Of a stretch of DNA of 64,000 nucleotides, positions 49,801-57,258 are shown in pieces (the stretch's first letter is position 1; every line of letters begins with the position of its first letter). The translations under genes and the position numbers were made by a program. The DNA is taken from NCBI GenBank assembly GCA_012518395.1, contig JAAYSJ010000191.1, forward strand, positions 1,550 to 65,549, read 5' to 3'. Below the pieces are notes generated by a model. That model saw only the letters and a program-made list of their open reading frames with translations. It had not been told where the DNA came from and ran no database searches. Source of the DNA: Clostridiales bacterium (GTDB taxonomy: Bacteria; Bacillota; Clostridia; Caldicoprobacterales; UBA3941).

Positions 49801-50284
49801 AAGACTTGAGGTAAGCCCCCTAACCTTTCCACAGGCATTGCCATATATTCGCTGCCGGCCGGAAACACCCCGAGAGCCCTTAAGCCCCAGATTTTGGATT
49901 GCTTATGAAAGAATTAAGGCTTTCCGGGAGCAAATCCACTTGCCCCGCAGTGAGCAATCGTTGCTTTCCAAGGCGGAAAATAATCTACGCAGCGCCATGG
50001 AGAATCATGCTGTTGAATTGAAGGAATATCTACCCTTTATACAAACGCTGCTACGGGATATAAAGGAATATCAAACCCTGCCAAAGTACACATTGCGCCG
50101 ATTGACAACGGTGGAGATGCACGGGAAGGCCTCCAGGGAGGGAATAGCATCTTTCCGCGATGAGTTGGATACCCTTCGGCTATTCTTAGGAGAAGATTAT
50201 TTGGAACGAATTGAACAGCGGATTAAAGACTTCCGTAGTGAAATCATTGTTGCAGTAGAGAATATAATTGACAGGCTACCCTGA
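46895..50284 (+). CDS. PLD (single HKD) nuclease domain fused to an SNF2-family helicase/translocase
   Basis: 1129 aa. NHAKLYLF (47291-47314) and GSSNLTRSG. SF2 motifs DVVGLGKS (47747-47770), IIVDEAHRFRN (V of VDEAH at 47984), LLTATPFNN, ILVATDKLSEGVNL and WNPTRVIQRLGRINRIG (~49271-49398). Starts 4 nt after the methyltransferase stop. Confidence 0.9.
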   Translation: MAYNFITNARQRSLKGRLHTLIKHSQELKFLVGFFYFSGWRELYGALKDRDDLNIKILVGLDTDLHLGRVLEVADHEADTRTQQELVGRFFASLRIALQDEVLDTQEFYEQVSFFLCLLENGQLQIRKTFDPNHAKLYLFHLDDAGQSLVNAPGRFITGSSNLTRSGLLGQYEFNVEIGDYGWEDAEAYFDDLWFTAIPISELDDRKEQIIRIIRRQTQVAEVSPFEAYVLVLKTYLDLMAQKTLRPQIKRLMEERGYKIYRYQEDAVQQALTVLEEYGGVILADVVGLGKSVIASWLARERRGRGLVICPPALIGDRQTRSTGWYKYLNDFGLYDWEVHSVGALDKVQEFLMLYGDDFNTIIVDEAHRFRNEDTEAYERLSQICANRSVILLTATPFNNAPADIFALLKLFIPPGKSTLTLDERLSARFARYNSEFRKLSYIIRYHNAGGEKQARAENYYKEIFELPPPIDVPRTKHRVKQLADEIRTVIEPVIIRRNRLDLKRDPLYAQELTALSDVADPIELFYELTPEQSAFYEQVINEYFGEEGRFRGAIYQPYAYEKRSELAKLDEGGNFTFQQQRNLYEFMRRMLVKRFESSFGAFAKSVDNFIRVHSIVLSFIEKTGRYILDRKLIEKVWEEDEEVIEEALQQFAERLLEEDIDLRYNRIYTIEEFEEPKQFYDDIRSDLELLQLIAERVSALELVSKDPKSERLIDALQEILETRTGNGEPIRKIVIFSEYSDTIQHIAPILQTAFPERVLAAEGSLGKRFFNDLLANFDASHPIKKQHNDFDILVATDKLSEGVNLNRAGAVINYDIPWNPTRVIQRLGRINRIGRKVFRTLFICNFFPSEQGAEVVKSREIAAQKMFLIHNTLGEDAKIFAPEETPSPAELFRRINRNPEEEEEESQLTTIRKEFYAIQEQHPDLVKGLGDFPARIKTAKANERNQMLVFRRKGLQLFIHSVPDTDSERLEVSPLTFPQALPYIRCRPETPREPLSPRFWIAYERIKAFREQIHLPRSEQSLLSKAENNLRSAMENHAVELKEYLPFIQTLLRDIKEYQTLPKYTLRRLTTVEMHGKASREGIASFRDELDTLRLFLGEDYLERIEQRIKDFRSEIIVAVENIIDRLP

Positions 50285-50467
50285 ATTTAACTATACGGGT
50301 TTTCTCTTGATAGTTGAAAATATGTTGAATGGTATACTAAAACACATTATGGGATATATTGCATTGATCAGGGTTAATGGTTAAGAATGATTAAGGGATC
50401 CGTCCCCACTGGTCAAAAATAGGGATTAAAGGTTGGGTGAGAAATAATACATAAAGAAAAATTTGAA

Positions 50468-51112
50468 TTGGATAAGTTATGGGGCAGTTTGGCAAAGGTC
50501 ATTATACCGACCCTTATTTTGGGTTTATTTTTTGCATTTATGACCTGGGCGATAGCGGGCGGGAGGCTGGGGGGAGTGGATGAAACTGTCTATGGTTTTA
50601 TATCCAGTTTCGAAAGCCCTGGCGTGACCCAAGTCATGATCTTTATTTCTTTTTTGGGTGGGGCAACTTTCCTTATTGCCCTGGGGGTTATTTTATCCCT
50701 TTTGTTAGGAATCAAAAATAAGTATTATATAGATTCCTTCTTCATTCTAGCAAATCTGACTGGTGCCTGGGTATTGAACGCATTGTTAAAAGCTATATTT
50801 CAGAGGCCACGCCCGATTGTGACCCATCTAGCCAGAGCTGGCGGGTATAGTTATCCCAGCGGTCATTCTATGATAAGCATGGCGTTTTATGGCTTTGTTG
50901 CATATACGATAGGCCGAACAATCAAGGATATAAGACACCGTTTTATTTTCGTAAGTTTGCTTATTCTTCTACCTATTGTCATTGGTATAAGCAGGATTTA
51001 TTTAGGCGTCCATTTTGCCAGTGATGTCATAGGCGGGGTTTTAGCAGGCGCTGCATGCTTGGGTGCCTTTATTGTCTTTCGGCGACTCGTTCATCATTTC
51101 AGACCACTGTAA
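50468..51112 (+). CDS. PAP2-family phosphatase (undecaprenyl-diphosphatase/BcrC-like)
   Basis: KAIFQRPRP, PSGHS and SRIYLGVHFASDV motifs. The TTG start is weakly supported, so the true start is uncertain. Confidence 0.85.
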   Translation: MDKLWGSLAKVIIPTLILGLFFAFMTWAIAGGRLGGVDETVYGFISSFESPGVTQVMIFISFLGGATFLIALGVILSLLLGIKNKYYIDSFFILANLTGAWVLNALLKAIFQRPRPIVTHLARAGGYSYPSGHSMISMAFYGFVAYTIGRTIKDIRHRFIFVSLLILLPIVIGISRIYLGVHFASDVIGGVLAGAACLGAFIVFRRLVHHFRPL

Positions 51113-51263
51113 ATTATTGATTCTGTAAATTGCTGATCCTGTAATCTGATATATAATACACTTTTATGGGCAAAACATGTTCTTACACCGTTAACATGGG
51201 CGTTTAGTATTTTAAAAATTGTATTACAAATACTATATATTCAATAACTAAAGGAGAAAATGT

Positions 51264-52451
51264 ATGCAAGAATACTTTGTAGACCTCCACGTCCATATCG
51301 GCAGGTCATCTTCAGGAATGATAACAAAGCGGGGCACAGCCAACAACCTGACTTTTGGTAATATTGCCTACGAAGCCCACCACAGAAAAGGAATCCAGGT
51401 AATAGGGGTTGTAGATTGTGTATCCCCCTGGATTATTAAGGATATTGAAGAGTTATTGGATGCAGGCGAATTGGAAGAGGTACCCGGGGGCGGAATGGTC
51501 TACAGCGATAATCTGGTTATTTTATTGGGATCAGAGATTGAAACAAGGGAAAAGCATGGCTGCAGTGCACACTCTTTGATGTTTTTCCCCAGCCTGTCTA
51601 TTGTTAAAGAATATTCACGGATAATGGACAACCATATGACCAACCTGGAATATAACGCCACCGTAAGTAGATTGACAGGTCAGGAACTCTTTGATATAGC
51701 AGATTCATTGGGGGGCATTTTTATCCCTGCCCATGTTTTCACCCCCTATAAGGGTATGTATGGTAATTGCGCCGATCGCTTGATAGATATATTTAACCTT
51801 TCTTCCTTTGAAAAGATCCCATCAATAGAGTTGGGATTAAGTGCTGATACTGATATGGCCAGCCAGATTTCAGAATTGGATACAAAAACTTTTTTGAGCA
51901 ATTCTGATGCCCATTCCCTAGGGCGTATGGGAAGGGAATATAACATAATGCTTCTTGACAGCTTGTGTTTTGATGAGGTGGTAAAGGCTCTCAGGAATCA
52001 AGATGGGCGAAGAATAACCGCAAACTATGGCCTAGACCCCAAGCTGGGAAAATATTATAGGACATTTTGCAAGAAGTGCGAGAACATAACTGAACTTTCA
52101 CCGCCGGTGCTGGAATGTCCCAATAATCCGAAACATGGAATCGTAATGGGCGTTTTAGACAGGCTTGTAATGATCAGGGACAGGGAAGAGCCACCCGGGG
52201 ATAATAATAGACCCCCGTACCATTATCAAGTACCTCTGCAGTTTATTCCAGGGCTGGGACCTAAAACTATAGATAGACTCATTGATGCCTTTGGAAATGA
52301 AATGAACATTCTCCACAAAGCGAGCAGGGAACAAATAGGGGGAATCGTATCTGAGAGTATTACGGATATGATTGTGGGAGCCCGTGAAGGTGCTCTATCC
52401 TTTTCACATGGTGGCGGTGGCAAATACGGAAGGGTCAAGAATAAGGGATAG
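51264..52451 (+). CDS. Endonuclease Q-like PHP-domain protein (TIGR00375-type)
   Basis: N-terminal PHP motif FVDLHVHIG, a Zn-finger-like CKKCENITELSPPVLECPNNPKHG and a C-terminal HhH-like IPGLGPKTIDRLIDAFG. RBS AAGGAG. Confidence 0.7.
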   Translation: MQEYFVDLHVHIGRSSSGMITKRGTANNLTFGNIAYEAHHRKGIQVIGVVDCVSPWIIKDIEELLDAGELEEVPGGGMVYSDNLVILLGSEIETREKHGCSAHSLMFFPSLSIVKEYSRIMDNHMTNLEYNATVSRLTGQELFDIADSLGGIFIPAHVFTPYKGMYGNCADRLIDIFNLSSFEKIPSIELGLSADTDMASQISELDTKTFLSNSDAHSLGRMGREYNIMLLDSLCFDEVVKALRNQDGRRITANYGLDPKLGKYYRTFCKKCENITELSPPVLECPNNPKHGIVMGVLDRLVMIRDREEPPGDNNRPPYHYQVPLQFIPGLGPKTIDRLIDAFGNEMNILHKASREQIGGIVSESITDMIVGAREGALSFSHGGGGKYGRVKNKG

Positions 52452-52569
52452 GGCATATAGTGTACAGATGAAATTTACTTTTCTTTGTTTTGTATTGGTA
52501 ATCTGATATTATATAAGTATTAGGCGGACAGTGATTATGGGGGGATTATCCCCATGGGTATGGACATGA

Positions 52570-53535
52570 ATGGGGGATTTGGTTGTGAAAAAGGGCAAAA
52601 GAAATTCTTCTAAAGGGCTCTTTGCTAAGGGTTCTGCTTCTAGAAAAATTACTTTTGGTATACTTGCCGTTATTTTAGTAGTTGCATATTTATCGTCTAA
52701 TTCATTTCGTGACGAAGTGGACGAATTATTGGGAATAGGGGATACCCCGAAGGAAAGTATAGTTGTTCCCAGGGCTCAAGGGGATTTATTAGTCCATTTT
52801 ATCGACGTAGGTCAAGGGGATTCTATATTGATTCAGTTTCCCGGGGGTGAGAACATGCTTATTGATGCCGGGGACAACGATAAAGGCCAAATCGTAGTAG
52901 ATTATTTACAAGGCCAGGGAGTACAAAGAATAGACCATCTCGTCGGAACCCACCCCCATGCTGACCATATAGGGGGGTTGGATGATGTAATTAAGGAGTT
53001 TGACATAGGGGATGTCTATATGCCGAAAGTCAGCCATACATCAAAGACCTATATGGATGTATTAGAGGCTGTAGATGAGAAAGGGCTGACCATTAATGCT
53101 GCCAGTGCTGGGATGTCTATACCATCAAAAGAAGCGAATATAGATATATTAGCCCCGGACAGTGAATTGGAATCTAAAAACTTAAATGATTATTCCATAG
53201 TCATAAGGTTGGTGTATGGGGAAACAAAATTCTTATTCCAAGGTGATGCAGAGAAGAAGACTGAAGAGGAGCTTTTATTATCTGGGGCTAATGTAAAAGC
53301 TGATGTTTTAAAACTTGGGCACCACGGTTCTAGCACATCCAATATAGAGGAATACATAAAGGCTGTAGACCCTGACTATGCAGTGGCTCCCTTAGGGGAG
53401 GACAATAAATATGGACATCCACACAAGGAAGTAGTAGAGCTCCTAGACAATATGGGCATAGTTTTTTACAGGACTGATAAGGATGGTACTGTAATTGTTG
53501 TTTCCGATGGGGAAAATATATCAGTAAATCCATGA
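52570..53535 (+). CDS. Membrane-anchored metallo-beta-lactamase-fold hydrolase (ComEC C-terminal-domain-like)
   Basis: N-terminal TM, FIDVGQGDSILI, GTHPHADHIGG and LKLGHHGS motifs. The start may be the GTG at 52585, after GGGGGA. Confidence 0.85.
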   Translation: MGDLVVKKGKRNSSKGLFAKGSASRKITFGILAVILVVAYLSSNSFRDEVDELLGIGDTPKESIVVPRAQGDLLVHFIDVGQGDSILIQFPGGENMLIDAGDNDKGQIVVDYLQGQGVQRIDHLVGTHPHADHIGGLDDVIKEFDIGDVYMPKVSHTSKTYMDVLEAVDEKGLTINAASAGMSIPSKEANIDILAPDSELESKNLNDYSIVIRLVYGETKFLFQGDAEKKTEEELLLSGANVKADVLKLGHHGSSTSNIEEYIKAVDPDYAVAPLGEDNKYGHPHKEVVELLDNMGIVFYRTDKDGTVIVVSDGENISVNP

Positions 53536-53707
53536 CCCGCATTTTGCCAAAGTCCAATAACCCAAGGCAGGGCAGAAAGCTTAATGGGTCTTTAAATTAT
53601 AAATCAGCTTCCCAACGAAACCAAGAATATATTTTTATATAGTCGGTAGGTAAATCTGTGGGATAAAGAATATAGCTGGCTTTGAAATTCAAATATCGGA
53701 GGGTATC

Positions 53708-53932
53708 ATGGCACAAAAGGGGATTATAGACAGGTTTGAAGAGGGGTTTGCCGTAATTGAATTGGATAGCGGGGGGTTTACAGATATAGCAATTGACAGG
53801 ATGCCCCCTGAGGTCGAAGAAGGCAGTGTTATCTATATAGAAGAAGATGGCAGCGTAGTTGTTTCAATAAAAGAGACTATAGAGCGGAGAAAAAAGGTTA
53901 AGAAGCTTATGGACAAGCTTTTTAAAGAATAA
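53708..53932 (+). CDS. DUF3006-family small protein
   Basis: GIIDRFEEGFAVIELDSGG...PPEVEEGSVI is the typical DUF3006 pattern, in its usual position next to a ComEC-like MBL gene. Confidence 0.7.
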   Translation: MAQKGIIDRFEEGFAVIELDSGGFTDIAIDRMPPEVEEGSVIYIEEDGSVVVSIKETIERRKKVKKLMDKLFKE

Positions 53933-54023
53933 TCTATAAAGCGCAGTCTATATGGTTTGCATCATATATAATTACCCCTCGCCGGGGCTTGTTATGAACT
54001 TAATGTTAAACGGAGGATAATTC

Positions 54024-54803
54024 ATGGCATTTATTCAGTGTGATTTTTTTTCAGAGGTATTGGGGTTATCATCTTCAATGAACGTGATTTTGCCCCAATG
54101 GACAAAGGGACAGATAGGTATGCGGAGCAGCCGGGTTGGGGACAAACACCCAGTATTGTACCTGTTGCATGGCTATTCAGACGACCATACTATATGGGGA
54201 AGGCGGACTTCCATTGAACGCTATGTATCACCTTTGGGTCTGGCAGTGGTTATGCCGGCAGTAAACAAAAGCTTCTATACCGATATGGAAAAAGGGGATA
54301 GATATTGGACCTTTATAAGTGAGGAACTGCCCTCTATCGTACGCTCCTTCTTCCCTATATCTGATAGAAGAGAGGATAATTTTGTCGCTGGTTTATCTAT
54401 GGGGGGCTATGGAGCGTTCAAGCTTGCCCTCAGACATCCGGACAGGTTTTCTGCAGCGGCCAGCCTCTCTGGGGTATTGGATATAGTGGAAAGGGCAGAG
54501 AATACAGATTTGCTAGGTAGCCTGGAAAATGTTTTTGGGAGTGCTGAAAAAGTCAAAGGCAGCGAAAATGATCTGTTGTACTTGGCGGAAAGGGTTGCTA
54601 AATCCAATGGGAATAAGCCTATGCTTTATCAATGTTGCGGGACGGAGGATTTTTTATACAGAAATAATATTGCTTTCAGGGATAAGGTAAGAGAATTAGG
54701 ATTGGATCTAACCTATGAAGAGGAACCTGGTACTCATGAATGGGGATACTGGGACAAAAAAATCCAAAGTGTTCTTAAATGGCTACCTCTGAAGAACAAA
54801 TAG
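54024..54803 (+). CDS. Esterase-family alpha/beta hydrolase (tributyrin esterase / S-formylglutathione hydrolase-like)
   Basis: PVLYLLHG and the nucleophile elbow GLSMGGYGA. 259 aa. Confidence 0.85.
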   Translation: MAFIQCDFFSEVLGLSSSMNVILPQWTKGQIGMRSSRVGDKHPVLYLLHGYSDDHTIWGRRTSIERYVSPLGLAVVMPAVNKSFYTDMEKGDRYWTFISEELPSIVRSFFPISDRREDNFVAGLSMGGYGAFKLALRHPDRFSAAASLSGVLDIVERAENTDLLGSLENVFGSAEKVKGSENDLLYLAERVAKSNGNKPMLYQCCGTEDFLYRNNIAFRDKVRELGLDLTYEEEPGTHEWGYWDKKIQSVLKWLPLKNK

Positions 54804-54811
54804 TTTAAAAC

Positions 54812-54842
54812 AAAGAGCTGCGAAATAAATTCGCAGCTCTTT
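54812..54842 (+). terminator. Rho-independent terminator
   Basis: AAAGAGCTGCGA / TCGCAGCTCTTT 12-bp perfect stem with a 7-nt loop. Confidence 0.7.
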
Positions 54843-54938
54843 ATGTAAGGGGTTTGGGGGTTTGGGTAACTTACGTTATTATAGTAACCGATTTTACAAA
54901 AAATAAACATAAAATCGAAAAATTAATTATTCCCAGGG

Positions 54939-55256
54939 CTAATTTTCGACTCTACTGTCTCCCAAAGGCTGTCTGACCCAAAAGCCTGTTGCCAAATCGC
55001 TACCCCCCGCCAGATGCAGATGACCAGGGGGAATCAGGATATCTTCATCGTCCACATAAAACCAAGTAGGTGCCAGAACATTGACCCCCGGAGGCTTTCC
55101 TTGGTATTCCCTAGATCTGTAAGCTCAAGCCAAATATATCTTATTCTCTGTTTCAGGCATTATATTGTCTTCCCATTTAGGGGTAGGATCAGGTTTGGGC
55201 TCAGATATGTCCTCGGGATCAGGAGAGAAAGCAGATAAGTATTCCAAAGTTTGCAT
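54939..55256 (-). pseudogene. Possible remnant of a GH18/YaaH-like glycoside hydrolase gene (in-frame TGA, truncated)
   Basis: The minus-strand frame reads MQTLEYLSAFSPDPEDISEPKPDPTPKWEDNIMPETENKIYLA*AYRSREYQGKPPGVNVLAPTWFYVDDEDILIPPGH...*, with the stop at 55125-55127. 'NVLAPTWFYV' resembles the conserved strand near the N-terminus of spore-cortex GH18 enzymes. Only ~105 codons remain. Confidence 0.3.
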
Positions 55257-55337
55257 TGTCTATGTCTTGCTAAGGGCAGAAATAGTATTATAATAGAGAT
55301 AAGATCAATTATATTTCTAGAGAGGAGAGGGGACAGC

Positions 55338-56210
55338 ATGGGTAATGACGGACAAAACATATTTATAAATCTAAGGGAGCAGGTCTATTCCCAGGATATT
55401 AATAGTTTTTTTCCCGGGTGGGAAAAAGGCAATGAAAGGGTAGCAGTTTTCAGCCCTCACGATGATGATGCTCTTATTGGGGCGGGTTACGCTATATCTG
55501 CGGCTATGGCTGAGGGTGCGGAGGTATTTATAGTAATCTTTTGCCAGGGTGATTGTGGCTATAGCGTTCCCGAGCAAAAGGATACAATCGTAGATATTCG
55601 AAGGAAAGAAAACATATCTTCATATGGGTCATTGGGAATACCCGCTAAAAACATTATTCGTTTTGAGTACCCGGATTTTAGTGTCGTAAATCGTGAGGGG
55701 TATCATCTACCTGGCGGAGGCACTGGCAGTTTCCCCTTAATATTTGATCTTATCAGAGAGCATAAGATCACGAGGGTGCTAGTCCCTAATGATTATCGGG
55801 AGCACATCGATCATACTGCGGCGTTCAACATGGCCTCTTATGATATCGTGCAAGCAGGCGATCCTATTATCAGTGATAAGGGGCAGCCTCAGAAAGTCAA
55901 ATCTATCCATCAATATTCTGTTTGGGCAGACTTTTCACCTGAGGATATGCTGGTTACGGCTTTGGATAGGGATTCTATTCGAGCCAATCGAGCAATTCTG
56001 TGCCCATCATCAGTTGAAGATAATATACGGGTAGCCATTGAAAAATTTGAATCCCAGGGTCAGATCATTCAGGATTTGGTGAAATCCAGGGAGGAGCGTT
56101 TTACAGGCAACGGTTATATAGAATTGTATATCGAATTTGATCCAAGACCGAAACTTGACTTTGCTCCATATATTGATCATGTTAATCGAATAATCGATGA
56201 TAGAAAATAG
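55338..56210 (+). CDS. PIG-L/LmbE-family deacetylase
   Basis: VAVFSPHDDDALIGAG (PIG-L motif variant) and EHIDHTAA. ATG at 55338 follows AGAGGAGAGGGGA. Confidence 0.8.
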   Translation: MGNDGQNIFINLREQVYSQDINSFFPGWEKGNERVAVFSPHDDDALIGAGYAISAAMAEGAEVFIVIFCQGDCGYSVPEQKDTIVDIRRKENISSYGSLGIPAKNIIRFEYPDFSVVNREGYHLPGGGTGSFPLIFDLIREHKITRVLVPNDYREHIDHTAAFNMASYDIVQAGDPIISDKGQPQKVKSIHQYSVWADFSPEDMLVTALDRDSIRANRAILCPSSVEDNIRVAIEKFESQGQIIQDLVKSREERFTGNGYIELYIEFDPRPKLDFAPYIDHVNRIIDDRK

Positions 56211-56273
56211 CGGGTTAATAAAGGATTTGCACTGCCAATCAGAAGCTTTGTTAAATGTAGGGGGGAAGTATGC

Positions 56274-56909
56274 ATGAGACGTTCTGACCGACAGGTATTT
56301 GGAAGGGAAAATATATGCGGCTTATTGGATCTCTTTGATACGATTCACTTGGGGATATCAGACGGGGAATACCCCTATGTAGTCCCGCTGAATTTTGGCT
56401 ATGAATTTGATGATGATCTTGTTATTTATTTTCATTGCGGGCTTCATGGGAAAAAACTGCGCCTTATTGAAAAGAACCCAAAAGTATGTGTGACTGCCAG
56501 CAAGTTTGCCAATTATGTGGATAACCCCTTTATGGGGCAGGGTCATGATTATCGTTCAGTAATTGCCTTCGGAACTGCTTCACCCGTTACTGAGCCTGCC
56601 GAAAAGGGGCGTGCCATCAAATCCATCCTAAGACAATATGGCCATAAAAGGCCTTGCAGTGGCAAGGATATGCCCATGGTGCTTATATATAAAATCGTAT
56701 GCTCAAAAGAGAATGTAACAGCTAAGTCGGAATTTCCAATCCGATCAAAAGAGGACATTCCCTTGGTGCATCCTGATGATGTAGCTGAGCACCCGAAGGC
56801 CTCCGAAACCTTAGGCATTAGTGATATGGTTGAAAGGCTGGAACATAATACAAACGAAGATGATCCTTATATCCAGCGTCTTAAACAGAGTAAGCACTTA
56901 AACCATTAG
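56274..56909 (+). CDS. Pyridoxamine 5'-phosphate oxidase-family FMN-binding protein (NimA-like split barrel) with C-terminal extension
   Basis: MRRSDRQV...YPYVVPLNFGYEFDDDLVIYFHCGLHGKKLRLIEKNPKVCV is the typical family N-terminus. Confidence 0.8.
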   Translation: MRRSDRQVFGRENICGLLDLFDTIHLGISDGEYPYVVPLNFGYEFDDDLVIYFHCGLHGKKLRLIEKNPKVCVTASKFANYVDNPFMGQGHDYRSVIAFGTASPVTEPAEKGRAIKSILRQYGHKRPCSGKDMPMVLIYKIVCSKENVTAKSEFPIRSKEDIPLVHPDDVAEHPKASETLGISDMVERLEHNTNEDDPYIQRLKQSKHLNH

Positions 56910-56960
56910 CTATTTGCTTTTCGAACAGTATCTGTGAAAATTCAAGTTATAAATACTATA

Positions 56961-56986
56961 ATAAGTCCGGATAAAACCGGGCTTAT
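56961..56986 (+). terminator. Hairpin terminator
   Basis: ATAAGTCCGG-ATAAAA-CCGGGCTTAT (10-bp stem, one G-U pair). Confidence 0.6.
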
Positions 56987-57258
56987 TGTTGATTAATTTT
57001 AATTTGGGTATAGAGTCTCGGGCTGTTGCACTCGGGGTTCTAAGAATCCCGAGGGTAAGAAGCCCTAAGTCTTAACAGTAAATTCTGTGGTATAATGGAT
57101 TAGCAACCAGGCTAATGAATATTTTTCAACTAAAAGCAGTTTTAAAACTATTAATACATATTCCTAAAGTTAGTAAATTTTTGTGGCAACTTTTCAAGAA
57201 CTATAGAATATAGGGCAAGCCAAAGAACAAAAATTAATATAGAATGGAGATGGAAAGT

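Larger units (their letters stand above)
42971..50467. other. Probable horizontally acquired defence islet (two genes plus AT-rich flanks), with no mobility genes
   Basis: A 323-nt AT-rich gap lies upstream and a 183-nt gap downstream. By eye, Arg codons inside are overwhelmingly CGN (cgc/cgt), whereas neighbouring genes use many AGA/AGG. Gene content is unrelated to the neighbours. Confidence 0.6.

Noticed and set aside
43294-50284. Classifying the methyltransferase/SNF2-PLD pair as DISARM or BREX
   Set aside because: The defining genes are absent from the window: drmA and drmB/DUF1998 for DISARM, and pglZ, brxC and brxL/brxA/brxB for BREX. The flanking genes are housekeeping. Only domain-level resemblance remains.
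42996-50426. Shared 9-10-mers in the islet flanks as possible att/direct repeats (AATAGGGAT at 42996 and 50418; ATTATGGGA at 43025 and 50346)
   Set aside because: Their order is inverted between the two flanks, they are short, and they lie in AT-rich DNA where chance matches are expected.
52541-52553. 13-bp palindrome GGGGATTATCCCC just upstream of the MBL gene
   Set aside because: It cannot form a hairpin because the centre is 1 nt. It probably just overlaps the G-rich RBS region, and no repeat copy was seen.
55125-55127. TGA read as Trp or selenocysteine in the GH18-like fragment
   Set aside because: TGA terminates well-supported genes elsewhere in the window, no SECIS-like hairpin follows, and the downstream sequence is itself truncated.
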